Below, piece by piece: positions 11,801-23,800 of a stretch of 64,000 nucleotides of DNA. Source of the DNA: Malacoraja senta (Eukaryota). The translations under genes were made by a program, and so were the position numbers. Position 1 is the stretch's first letter, and every line of letters begins with the position of its first letter. The stretch covers positions 2,294,001 to 2,358,000 of the forward strand of contig CM075998.1 in NCBI GenBank assembly GCA_038087875.1, read 5' to 3'. The notes beneath the pieces were generated by a model. The model saw only the letters and a program-made list of their open reading frames with translations. It searched no databases and was not told where the DNA came from.

Positions 11801-14800
11801 TATAAATAGGTCCTTTCTGAGGATTTTGTGGCTCGTGTACCTCACACCAAAAAACGAAACCATTTTGGCAAATAAACACGCGGCGCACAGACGCTCTTTA
11901 TTAATTCGAGGTGAACGAGAGGAGTGTTTCCCATCACGGGGTAGGCCTGCTTCCAGCTGGCCATGCGACTCTTTCCGTGGTTCACAGTATTCGGGCAGCG
12001 AGATCAATGGCGGCACCGTGCCAGGACGAAAAGATAGAGGGGGATGGGTAGAGCCTTGCGCTACCCCTGGTAAGAATTTGTTTGCTTCATCCTGCCCCGA
12101 TGTAAGCTATTCAGACTCCGTGCCAGTTATGTGAGGCTGGGACCTTTCTTCCCCCACCCCTCTACCCCTTTCCCCTCCCTAGTGACAAATACTGAGGGAG
12201 AGGGGGGTGAGGAAGAGATGTGAGGGCCTCCGAGGAATTGCTTGTTGCTTGCGTAGTTGAAGCTCCCCCTCTGGCGGGAAAGGGGAGGTAATATAATAGC
12301 ATTGAGGAATGGTACTGGTACAGTATAGGCTGGAAGGGCTGAATGGCCTCCTCTACTTGTCCTCTGCGTGACTGGGTGACTGACTCACTACCAAGTGATG
12401 AGCATGGCAGTGGAAATCCCCAGTCAGGGGCAGGGATGCAAAACTGCTGGAGCAGGACAGCAGTTTTGCATCCAAAACCATGTTACTTTTTTAAAATATA
12501 AATGATCCCTTTTTAATCCAGGTAAACCGTCCCTGTTTTTAAACTAGGCAGCAGAGCAACTGAGCATTCAAGGACAGCATGTGTGAAGTGCACACACATC
12601 AACTTGTGTACACGTCCCAGAGCACAGGCTCACATCAATGTGTCTGCATGCACACTGCATTAACACATGCATGTCAATGTGCATGACTAACATGAGATAC
12701 ACATCAACTGTTTTAGTTTCCTGAGGAAACTAAAACAGGCCTCACTCCCCACCAACATCCTCAGGACTTTCTACAGGGGTACGGTGGAGTCTGTACTCAC
12801 GTACTGTTTAAATACGTGGTACTCCACCTGCAACTGCTCGGACAGGAAGGCTCTGCAGAGGGTAGTGAGGGGAGCAGAGAAGATCATTGGCGTCTCCCTA
12901 CCCTCGGTACAAGAACTGTTCCTGAGCCGCTGTCGGGAAAAAAAGCCCCAAAAATTGCTAAGGACAAACTGCACCCCCTCCACATACACCTGGATCTCCT
13001 GCCATCAGGCAAGAGATATCGCAGCATCAAAGCCCGGACTACAAGACTGCTAAACAGCTTCCTGCCATATGCTGTGAGGCTGCTAAACAGCCACTCTGTA
13101 CTCACAGTCACCTGATTCTGCGGCTTGGCACGGACACTATAATAACTGGCACTGGCCACTCAAATCAGCCACCCCGGACATGTTTATGATTGGTCTCACT
13201 GTATTTTAACGTTGTTTGTATCTATTTTAACTTATACTGTTCCATCAGGGACTGGATTGTTTTTAGTGTTGTTATTATTATGTGTGAAATGTTTTAAACG
13301 TCATGTGCGATGCTCCGGTATTCCCTGGGAAACGTCTTTTCGTTTTGCACTGCACAACTGTTGCTTGCAAGATGACAATAAAGGAATTGAATTGAATTGA
13401 ATTGAACATGTTTGGACATAAATCAAAGTGCATGTGCATAAACACATAAAAACAAGCAAATACACAAGCACAACAAAAATATCAATATACCTTTCAATGC
13501 ATTCACACATCCACGTTCCTGCATGCATATATAGGATGTTCCAAGTGCTTCACAGCTAGTTAGTAACTGTGGAAAATGTATACTGTTAGATCTGTTCCTG
13601 CATACCCAAAATGTCTTTCAGGGAATATAGTGGCTTGTAGTGGCGGTATTGGATATTAGTGGCTTATAGTGGCGGTATTGGATATTATAAATCCACATAC
13701 CACTCGGTGGAAAATCCACACTTTGGAAGTGACATTATAAGTAATATAAGGAACGAGTTGCCCCGCTCTTCATAAACAGTGCCACGGGATCTTTCATGCC
13801 CACTTGTGAAAGCAAACTGGTCTCAGTTTAATATTTCACATGAAAGGCAACATATTCAGTAAAGCTGCCTCAGTGCTGCACTGGGGAAACTGTTTAGATG
13901 TTTATGCTTTCTCTGGAGTGGGACTTGAACCTACTTTGAACAACAAACAATATTTTTCCTCAAGCAATCCTGCTAAAATGAGATTTACTGTGGCTAATTT
14001 TTATGGTGTGTTAACATTTCCTTTCTCCTCCACCCCATGAGATCTCTTTGCGCCTCCATCTCTGGCCTCTTGCTCATCCCTGAGTTTAATCTCTCCACCA
14101 CCGGCGGTTATGCCTCAAAGTCTGGAACTCCCTCCTTAAACATTCTCTGCCTCTCTCTCTTCCTTTAAATTGTTCCTTACATTTTACTTCTTAGGCCAAG
14201 CTTTTGGTCACCTGTCATAACAACTACTTCCATGGCTGAGTGTCAAACTTTGTTTGATAATCTGGCTTTGGACATTTCATAATGCTAAATGGACTGTGTA
14301 AATGCAAATTTAAGTTTTTGCATTTATGTGCACAACAACAATGATTGTCCTTCAGAAATTATTGGCTGCTGAGCATGTTGGAACATCCTGAGAATGCAAT
14401 AACAAGTTCAAGAATTCAGAGAGAGGCACTAAGGCACAAAGTCCTTTTGTTAAAACAGTATTCTTTTCCAATTGAAGTTATAAAATAAGTATCTTTTCTA
14501 AACTGTTCTTTCAGCTAAACGTACTGTGGGAAAAAGGTAAATTTCCTCTTTGAAATGCAGGTATGTCATCACATTCATCATGATAAGGAGTGCTGAGTAA
14601 TGTGCAATCTTTATCACAAACCACAGGTAAGGCACTGCCTGCCTGGGCCTGCCTGATGAAGCATGGGTAGGAAAGAACTGCAGATGCAGTAAATCGAAGA
14701 TGGACACAAAATGCTGGGGTAACTCAGCGGGACATGCATGATGAAGCATGGGGCTGGCGAAGTTTAAAAGGGTATACAGTGAAACAAACAGATATGGAAG

Positions 14801-17800
14801 ATGCCCCTCTACTTCTAGATACTGAAGGCCAAATAATTTTTTCCCTCAACTTTCCAACCGATGTCCTTGAACAAATAATTCTCGGAAAGCATATTGTTTT
14901 TCGAAGTCCTTGGAAATCAACACACTTAGGCAGTTTCACTTTCACAAGTGTCCTGTCCGATGCAAGGAAGTAAGATGCATCCAATGCAGGGAACAAATAC
15001 CTGTGACCATATGCACAGTAGAAGTCGCTGACTTTAACCTCCCTCGAAGATGCTACACAGGACTTGACAGAATCTGTGCAGCCATGACAATGTGGCCACC
15101 TGCTCTATTGATGGAAAATGCTCAGTGAGCGAAAGTGCAGCTGTGACCATAAGTCCCAAACCATGGACAGCATCACATCAACCTCTCTGTTAAAATTAGT
15201 TGCAGGAGGCACATCACTACTTCACATGCCATCTCAAGAAGTCAATTGACGGGATTGACAAACTGGATGTTTGAGAGTGTAAGGTTTTTCATGTCATACA
15301 AAAGAAAACTTCTTCCTCGAAAATTTGTCTCGCCTTTCCCCACGGCATTGGTTCCCAAGCACCACAAGTGCAATGTCAGAATGTCCACTTGTGAACTGTG
15401 ACAGCGAAGAGTTAGCAGAAATGTTCTACGATGGGGAATGTTGTCTCTCTGATGGATCTCTGCACCACCGATCATTGACCACCACCTCCCCATCCCCAGG
15501 TTGCGGAAGTATCTGTAATAGTGTACAACCTGGTGCTTAATGAATGACGCGCTTTAATAGAAATTCTCTTTAATATCACACATCCCCAACCTAGCCTACC
15601 TATAGCATTCCAATCACTCCTTTGACTGTAATCAGTTGACAAGGTCAGAGCTATTAAGACACGATGGTTCAATGGTACTTTATCGTCACATTCCCTTTTA
15701 CTTTTTTACATACAATTCAGTAAACCTCGTACTATACAGAGGCACAATCATACTTAAGTACAGGATTGTAGGAATAGTAAATTACACTGAGACAGTACAC
15801 AAGTGTCATCACAGTTCCGACAATTAATTATTGGAATTGTTGGAATTTTTACAGTGTATAAACGCGAGTGGAAGTGACCTGAATTCTTAAAAGTCAGATT
15901 TCCAAATGTATTGAAATGTATACCACAGTCAGTGGCTGAATATCCCACAGTGAGTGACACACCTCCTCAAAAGTCTTTCCAACATCTACAAATGGAAATC
16001 TGGAATATGATGGAATATTCAACACTTGCAAACTCCTTCCAATACGATGCAGCTGCTTCATTGGCATCCCATCAACCACCCTTATCCTTCAGCACTGGTG
16101 CACACGTGGCTGCAGTATGTACCGTCTACAAAATGCAATGCAGTTACTTGCCTAGGATACTCTGCTGGCACCTCCCAAATCTGCAAGAAGGACAAGGGCA
16201 GCGAGTGCATGAATTCCCTTCCACGTTTCAGATCATCTTGACTTTGAAACATATTACTGCTCTTTTCATTGTCTCTGGGTTCAAATCCTGAATCTTTCTG
16301 CACAACATCACTGTGAGAACGCCTTCACCAGAAGGACTGCAGTGCTTTAAGGCAGCTCACCACCACCTTCCGAAGGGCAATTAGGGATGGGGAATAAATG
16401 CTGGGCTTGCCAGCGATGCCACATCCTGTGGGAGAACAATGAAAAATACACATGCTCTCTAACATTGGCCATGAGAAATGTTTGTTGGATACTCAAGTCT
16501 GTTCACCCATGACTGCCCCCCCCCCCCTCCCCTCCACCATCAGATTACCACCCAAGGTGGCTGGCCACTGGATTTGGCTGTCAACTGGACATAGGTGTTC
16601 TTCTTTCTGTGACTTTGGGACCTAAGTGTAGAGCTGCCCAGATTAACATGGAGGTATGAGGCACCAATACAAGCTGTTCAGAGTTTTAGCTCCCTCAGGA
16701 ATGGGAGGTCAAAGAGGTTTTTTCCCCTGGCCATGGACTAGCCTGAGTCGTCACTTGTAGGTCCTGTTGCATTGTGGCACACTGGCCTGTTGGCATGCAG
16801 CTTAATATTTCGACTGATCGTCTTTGCTAACAAGGAAGCGAAATAAAAGGCCAGACTGATTTGTTGTGTTATCAGAGAGTGTTCCTATTGCAACACAGGT
16901 TGGACTGGTTGAAGCTCAGGGGCATCGTGAGTTTACAACTTGTTCTTCAGCCTCTGGGAGCTGACTTCCAAAGAACGTCACGCCGACATTTTAAAAGCCT
17001 CTCTCTGCTGACTTGGCTGCCAGCGGGACTTCTTCCCAGTTTCTTGTGGGCGCTGAATAGAAAAAGAAAAATTCCACCTTCCTTCACAGCATTCTCGTAA
17101 CTTAATACCAACTCTGTATCAGTAAGCAAAATGTAGGTGACAATTGGGACAATTCTTCCAAAGACAGGAACATTGGACATAAACAACACCTCTAACATAG
17201 TATTATGTCCGAACGTGCTTCCCAGGAGCGATTGATTATCAATCAAAAATTTACAAAAGTCACAGGAAAGATAATGGAGTTATCTTTTACAACCCACAGT
17301 CCATAGTGGGTTGTAAAAAGTGCCAAAGAAGGGAAGAAGGTAGAGAGCTTTGGGGAGGAAATTTCAACCTTGGGGCCTCGGAAGCTGAAGGCATGATTGC
17401 TAATTGTGGGGGAGTGTAGGGGAAGGCCGCGATTAAATTCAGGATATGCAAGAGGGCAGAATTAGAGGAACACAGAGGTCTCGGGTATGTGTAGCTTGGA
17501 GAGATTACACAATCTTGGTAAAGACACTAAATTGGGTTTTCCACTGTAAGAACGGAACGCAAAACATCGATAGTTTTGCTGTAGTAAGGAGTGAGGATAT
17601 GATAGTATTTCGTGATTTAATCTGTGTTATACCTTTGTTGTCTCCGTCTCAGGTATATTTGATGGGATAGTGTAGAGGAAGTTTTCGTCTGGATCTAACC
17701 TGTGCTGTCCCTGCCCTAGGATTGTGTAATGGGTCATTGTGGACGGAGTTTCATGCTGTGTCTAATCTTGCTGTTGCCGCAGAAGTATTTGATGGGACAG

Positions 17801-20800
17801 TGTAGAGGGTGCTTTATTCTGTGTTTAACCCATACTGTCCCTGGCCTGGGAGCATTTGATGGGACACTGCAGAGGGTTCTTTACTCTTTGTCTAACTGTA
17901 GCTGTCATTACCCAGACGTGTTTGACAGAACAACATAGAGGAGCTTTACACCATATCTTTGCCGTGCTGAGCCTGCCCGGGGAGTGTTTGATAGGGTCTC
18001 AGAGGAGTAATAAGAAATGAAAACCTTCCCTGATTTTTCCAGTAGTCCCCCATACGCTGAGCACCACAATCCAGGCTAGTATGAGACCATGTTTGTATTC
18101 CATCCTGGTTGCTCTGTCCCCTGTGATTTGTTGGTATAAAGCTAGCATTGCATCTTGAGTTCCTGATAGTGTAACTAAACTTGTAACCAAATGGCCTATT
18201 GCATTGTACAGTAAATCCTCTTGCAGATCTAATCTTGGCTTCTTTACCCCACAGTCAATCCGGGAGGTCACTGGTTACCTGCTTGTGGCTCTGAATCAAT
18301 TTGAATACCTTCCTCTGGAAAATCTGCGAATTATCCGTGGTACGACGCTCTACGATGGCAAGTATGCACTGTCGTTGATCCTCAACTACAGGAAAGATGG
18401 AGTTCATGGGCTGAAGCAGCTTGGTTTTAAACACCTGACAGGTATGATCTTTGGACATGAGGGCACGTGGAGTTGGAGAAAACCCCCCACCCCCTAGGTG
18501 TAGTTAGTGCACTAGAACCTATCAGCAGCTTGGCAAAGACCTACCACAAGAACTTACAATGCCCTTCAGGCACTTTGCAAGCACCCTGACATCTTGGTTT
18601 CCTTTACTCTATCATCCTGTTCTGAACAATGTACCTTATTTGTGAACACTAGAGTCACATCCTGGCAGCATGGACATGGACAGTGAGCGCCACTGCAACC
18701 ATCACCTTTGAACCTGACCTTGCCTTATGCCTCACAGGGACCTTTGGATTAGCTGCCATTGCTCAGATATTGAGGCCACTCGAGTTGAGTTGACTAGGCT
18801 TAAGTTGCGCGTGGGAATGGAGGTTTTTGTGAAGACGCCCCCCCTTCTTCCTCGCAAATCAACCCATAAGAGACATCTTTTATTTTGTTTTGCATCAAGT
18901 ACGTGTTTCTGTGCTTCCCTCTAGCTCTCTGTTAAAGACGAAGGTTTGGATGACAGGTCTAATTAAAAGATTTATTTGTTGTGACTTTTGCAATGAGTCA
19001 GTGAGAGAATTGCAGTTTCTGTCAAACCAGATTTTCAGCCAAGGAGCAGATCTGGAGCCAAATTTCACCTCAAACAAGGCAACAAGCTTGAGGAAACAAT
19101 CAAGGCAAAAGCTGCTGTCTGTCCTGCCACGCAGCCCCAGCCCAGACATCTTGACTCCTTCCACACTGCCCTCACCCCACTCCCCTCATAATCCTCCCCA
19201 AACATTCCCCCTCCCACACTCGCTCCACCCTTCTCCCACCAGCTCGTTCCCCAAACCCAGCCCATACACTTCAACCAATCCATATCCCATACCCCTCTCC
19301 CCATGCTCTCCCACCCCATAGCCCCTTACCAAACTCCCCTAACCCCACATTCCCCACACACATCCCTCAACTCGCCCTATTCCATTCTCCCTCACAACAC
19401 TCCCCTCGCCTTCCCCTTCTTCCACATCTTCACCCACACTTTGTCACCCATACATTCCTCATACCACCCCCACCTTATTCGCTCTCACCATACCTCCACC
19501 CTATTCTCCCTTCCTTCTGCACTCCCCCTAGATACCTCCCTTCCTCTTACACCTGGGCCACCTCATGATGAAACTGTGGTTGTCTTCACCTGCACTGTTT
19601 TTGACTGCTAAGGCAATCGGGCACGGAAATCGCTATCAAAACATGGGGGGGTGGGGACACAATTTCTTGGCGGCCGCGCGCATGCGTGCACATACACACA
19701 CACACACTCACACGCGCACACGCGAGGCTTCGGCCGTGGGCTCAGTGGATGGTAACATCGGGAGCTGAAGTGGTTGGTGACCGACTCCAAACTCCAGCAA
19801 CAGCAGCTTTGTCCGCCCCGAATCGTGGGGTTTGAATCGGCCCGTTCGCGGGGCTTTTCATCGGCCGGCGGGGGCTTCAACATCGGGAGCCTCGATCGCC
19901 TCGATGTAGCAGTTTGATTTTAAGCCGCGCCGGGAACTGAAAGGCTCCGCGAACGGGCCGATTCAGCCCTTAGAAAGTGTCTGATAAAGTCTGGATTACA
20001 AAACATGGGGGGGATTGTCCCCCACCTCTCAAAGCATGGGGGGGGGACGTGTCCCCCCCGCAGGATTTCCGCCCATGTAAGGCATCATAACTGGGTCCAA
20101 CAATGTCCCCCTGCAATATTGCAGTGATACACCATGCCTACTTTTCCCTTTCCTCGCCAGAAGTTGTCTGTAATGCAACAAATGATTTCCTATTTGAGAT
20201 TAACTCTCTCAATTCAGACCAGACATTGATACCAACAGCCCATCAAGGGAGCACATGCTAAAGATGCCTTGAACTGGCCAGTTGTTCCTAAGTCCACCAA
20301 TACGATTCACTTCACCATCCAGTATAAGTGACTCGTTAACGAAGCTGACGCTTATCATGGTAATATTGCGGAGGAATGCTGAATAAAACCATCACTGGGC
20401 CAAGGTATTGGTATCTGCATTCACAGATACCATTTGTGTGTGGTCACTCTCACTTCAGGGTGGCCTACAGTCATTGCGTAAAGGGGGCTTAAAATCGAAT
20501 TATATTACCTACTCATTGCAAACAGCCTTTATCCCTCTATTTCTACTTCAGCTCCCACCCCTCCCCCTACACCCGTTTAGAGTTAACTGACTCAAACATT
20601 TACTTGACAGTATATTGTGTGATCATTACAAAGATCCCCATTAAAAGACTGAAGCAAAGAATCATCACATACATGATGAAAAAAGTAACGTTGAATGATC
20701 AAATAGTTGTGTTTGTGAGTTTACAATGATTAAGATCCCTGCATCTCCCATTCTTGTTCTCTTTGGAGTTGAGCTACCCTTTACTTATGATGCACAATTT

Positions 20801-23800
20801 TTAGGATATCGCAAGACTGCTGAAAATCAGGCTGCCTGGGACCATCCGGAGGTTTTAGCACAGGTTCAGAGTATTTGTAAAGAAAGGTTTTTGATTTGGA
20901 AGATTAATGGCTAAAGTGGAATGGCATGATAGATATTTCAAGAATAAGTTTCCAATGTAAAGAACATCTGTAGTTTTTACAAACTGTGATCTAGTTGCAA
21001 TATTGTGAGCTCAAATTTTACGGGAATTTGGCTGTATTTGTGTTCAGTCTCCATTCAAAACTCATTAATTCCCTGCATTAGTCCCAAAAGTTTCTTCTCT
21101 TCTCTTCTTCCTAGGCTTCCAATTGTCACTGTTCCCTTTCTTTATTAACGCTCTCCTTTTCGTTTTATGCGCTTTGCAGAGATTCTGGTGGGAGGTGTAT
21201 ACCTAGAATCCAACAAGTTTCTGTGCCACACAGAGTCCATCGATTGGGCTGACATCCTGCAAAACCCAAATGAGAGAATGGACTTCAATGAGACAAAGGA
21301 TGCTGCCAAAGGCTGTGAGTATAGTAGATAGACACAAAATACTGGAGTAACTCAGCGCGACAGGCAGTATCTCTGGAGAGAATGAATGGGTGACTTTTCA
21401 GGTCGAGACCCTTCATTAGCTAGGGGTAGCAACTTGGGTATCCCTGCTGTTATAAACGTACTTGTAAATTGGTCCTTGATTTGTTTCATTTCTGACGTTT
21501 AGCATTAAATTAGCAGTTATTGCCCATCCCTAATTGCTTTTGAGAAGGTGGTGGTAAACTGCTGCTTTCTTGAACCATTATAGTACTTCCAGTGATGGTC
21601 TACGTTTCAGGTCGAGACACTTCTTCAGACGGCCTTCTTCATAGAGTCATACGGCATGAAAACAGGCCCTTCAGCCCAACTTGCCCACACCGACCAACGT
21701 GATCCAACTACGATAGTCCCACCTGCCTGTGTTTGGCCCATATCCCTCGAAATCTATGCTATTCATGTACTTGTCCAAATACTTTTTAAACATTGTGATA
21801 TTAACGTTGTGATATCCATGTTTCTCCTGAAATGCTGCCTGCTGAGTTACTCCAGCACTTTCTGTCTTTTCATGAATGGAATTGTTTGTGTATCATAAAT
21901 CCTCAATTTACAGGTTTTTTGCGATAATGCTGTTGACTCTTTGGGGTATGTGTTTTTGATTTAAAATGAAGATGTATTTCATGTTTTTCAGGCTCCCAGT
22001 GCCATGCATCCTGTAAAGGACATTGTTGGGGCCCTGGCGAGGCTGACTGTCAGAACTGTAAGTACATTGTTAATGGATTGTTTGTGAGATATAGAAATTG
22101 GGCAGAGGAGTGCACAGTCTATTGATTCAGGCTGCTATGCAGTCCAGGTAGAGCATGACCATGATACAGTAACTCTAGCCAGTATACACATTATTAGTTA
22201 CTGAACCACGTGTGAATGCAAAACACAGAATATGTAACGGTAAGACTTGGCTTTGTTTACATGGCGACCCTGTCAGGTGCTGATTTCTTACGATGCTCTT
22301 AGTTATGCAGTCTGAACACTGACAGGTAGATACACACGTACTTTAAAAAAGGCATCCGCTTCAGTTGCGTGCTGCTGTGCAGGGAGCCTGGTGTGGATCC
22401 CTGCCCTCTGCTGGAGCTCCGCAGCAATGAATTGTCCTGTGCTTGGTGTGGGGGGTGTTGTCCCTGGGGGCTGGTGTTGGGGCACTTCTGCTCTGCACTG
22501 AGATCTCCCCAGTGGTGAATGTGCCCATTGCTGGGGATTGGCAGCACCTGCTCCATATGTTGACAGACTGCACGGATTCCACTGTTTCCCCCTCTCTTTG
22601 CCTGCATAGTTTCTCTACGGTAACATACAGTACTCAACGGTGCGCGCTGGCTATTGCCTTAATATTGAGTTTTAAAATTTGTAGTAAAACTTGGGCCTGC
22701 AGTGCACCTTTCTCATGGATGTGCCGGAGTCAATTATGGTCTCCTCCATTGTCAGAGTGAGGCTAAACGCAAATTGGAGGAACAGCATCTCATTTTTCGC
22801 TTGGGCAGCTTACAGCCCAGTGGTATGAATAATGATTTCTCTTACTTCAGGTAGCCCCAGCATTCCCTCTCTCGCCACCGCTCCCCCACCCAAGTCGCAC
22901 CAGCTTATCGTTTTCACCCAACAAACAGCTAACAATGGCCCGTTTCCTTTATCATCGTTACTTTTTTGCATATCTTTCATTCATTGTTCTTTATCTCTCT
23001 ACATCATCGTCTATATCTCTTGTTTCCCTTATCACTAACCAGTCTGAAGAAGGGTCTCGACCGAAACGTCACCCATTCCTTCTCTCCAGAGATGCTGCCT
23101 GTACCGCTGAGTTACTCCAGCTTTTTGTGTCTATCTTCAGTTTAAAAGAGCATCTATCAATTTATCTTGATATCAATTTATCCAATTGCCATTTTTTAAA
23201 TAATTGTTACTTTGCAGCTTTGGCCTGCACCCTATAGGAAACTTTCCCTCTATTCCCTCCACTCCTCTCTGTAATTTAAAACATGCTTGTTTTCTCATGT
23301 TTCCAGTTCCTATAATGGGTCCTGGACCTGAAATATTGATTATTCTTCTCCCAATTAATGCTACCCAACATGTTGAAGAATTTGAACATTCTCTGTTTTT
23401 GGCACAAAGTTAGCTTGAGGACAGTCTCATCGTGCCCATAAAGCAGTGGATCTACTTTTGGTTACCCTGTTTAGATGAGCCTTCTAGCTTAACTCGAGGT
23501 TCTGTAAACAAAATATTGTTTCAATCTCACAGGAGGTATTTCCAAGAAAGCATTTGTTGTTGGCAGGTTATCATTTAGCTAGATGACACAAACAGCGAAC
23601 CTTTGGTTGAAAGCATCTGTATTGAAATGATTCACATACAATCTCTCAGTGTGAATGGGGATGTATGTGTAAAAATGCCAAATCCTTAAAGACACGTAAC
23701 ATTCAATTAGTTATAGACAATCATAAATTAGTGTCAAGTTGGAGTAAATTTTCATGTTGTGATTTGAAGCTTTGTTCCAAGATTTGAGTATGCTTTCTGT

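Noticed and set aside
11568-12134. Overlapping 100-137 aa ORFs
   Set aside because: Expected by-product of GC richness; no recognisable domain
13628-13688. ~29-bp tandem duplication; also a 13-bp repeat at 46435-46490
   Set aside because: Local slippage; no spacers, so not CRISPR-like
17285-17318. 13-bp hairpin ttttacaacccac/gtgggttgtaaaa
   Set aside because: Too short for a pre-miRNA, lies in decayed repeat, no supporting context
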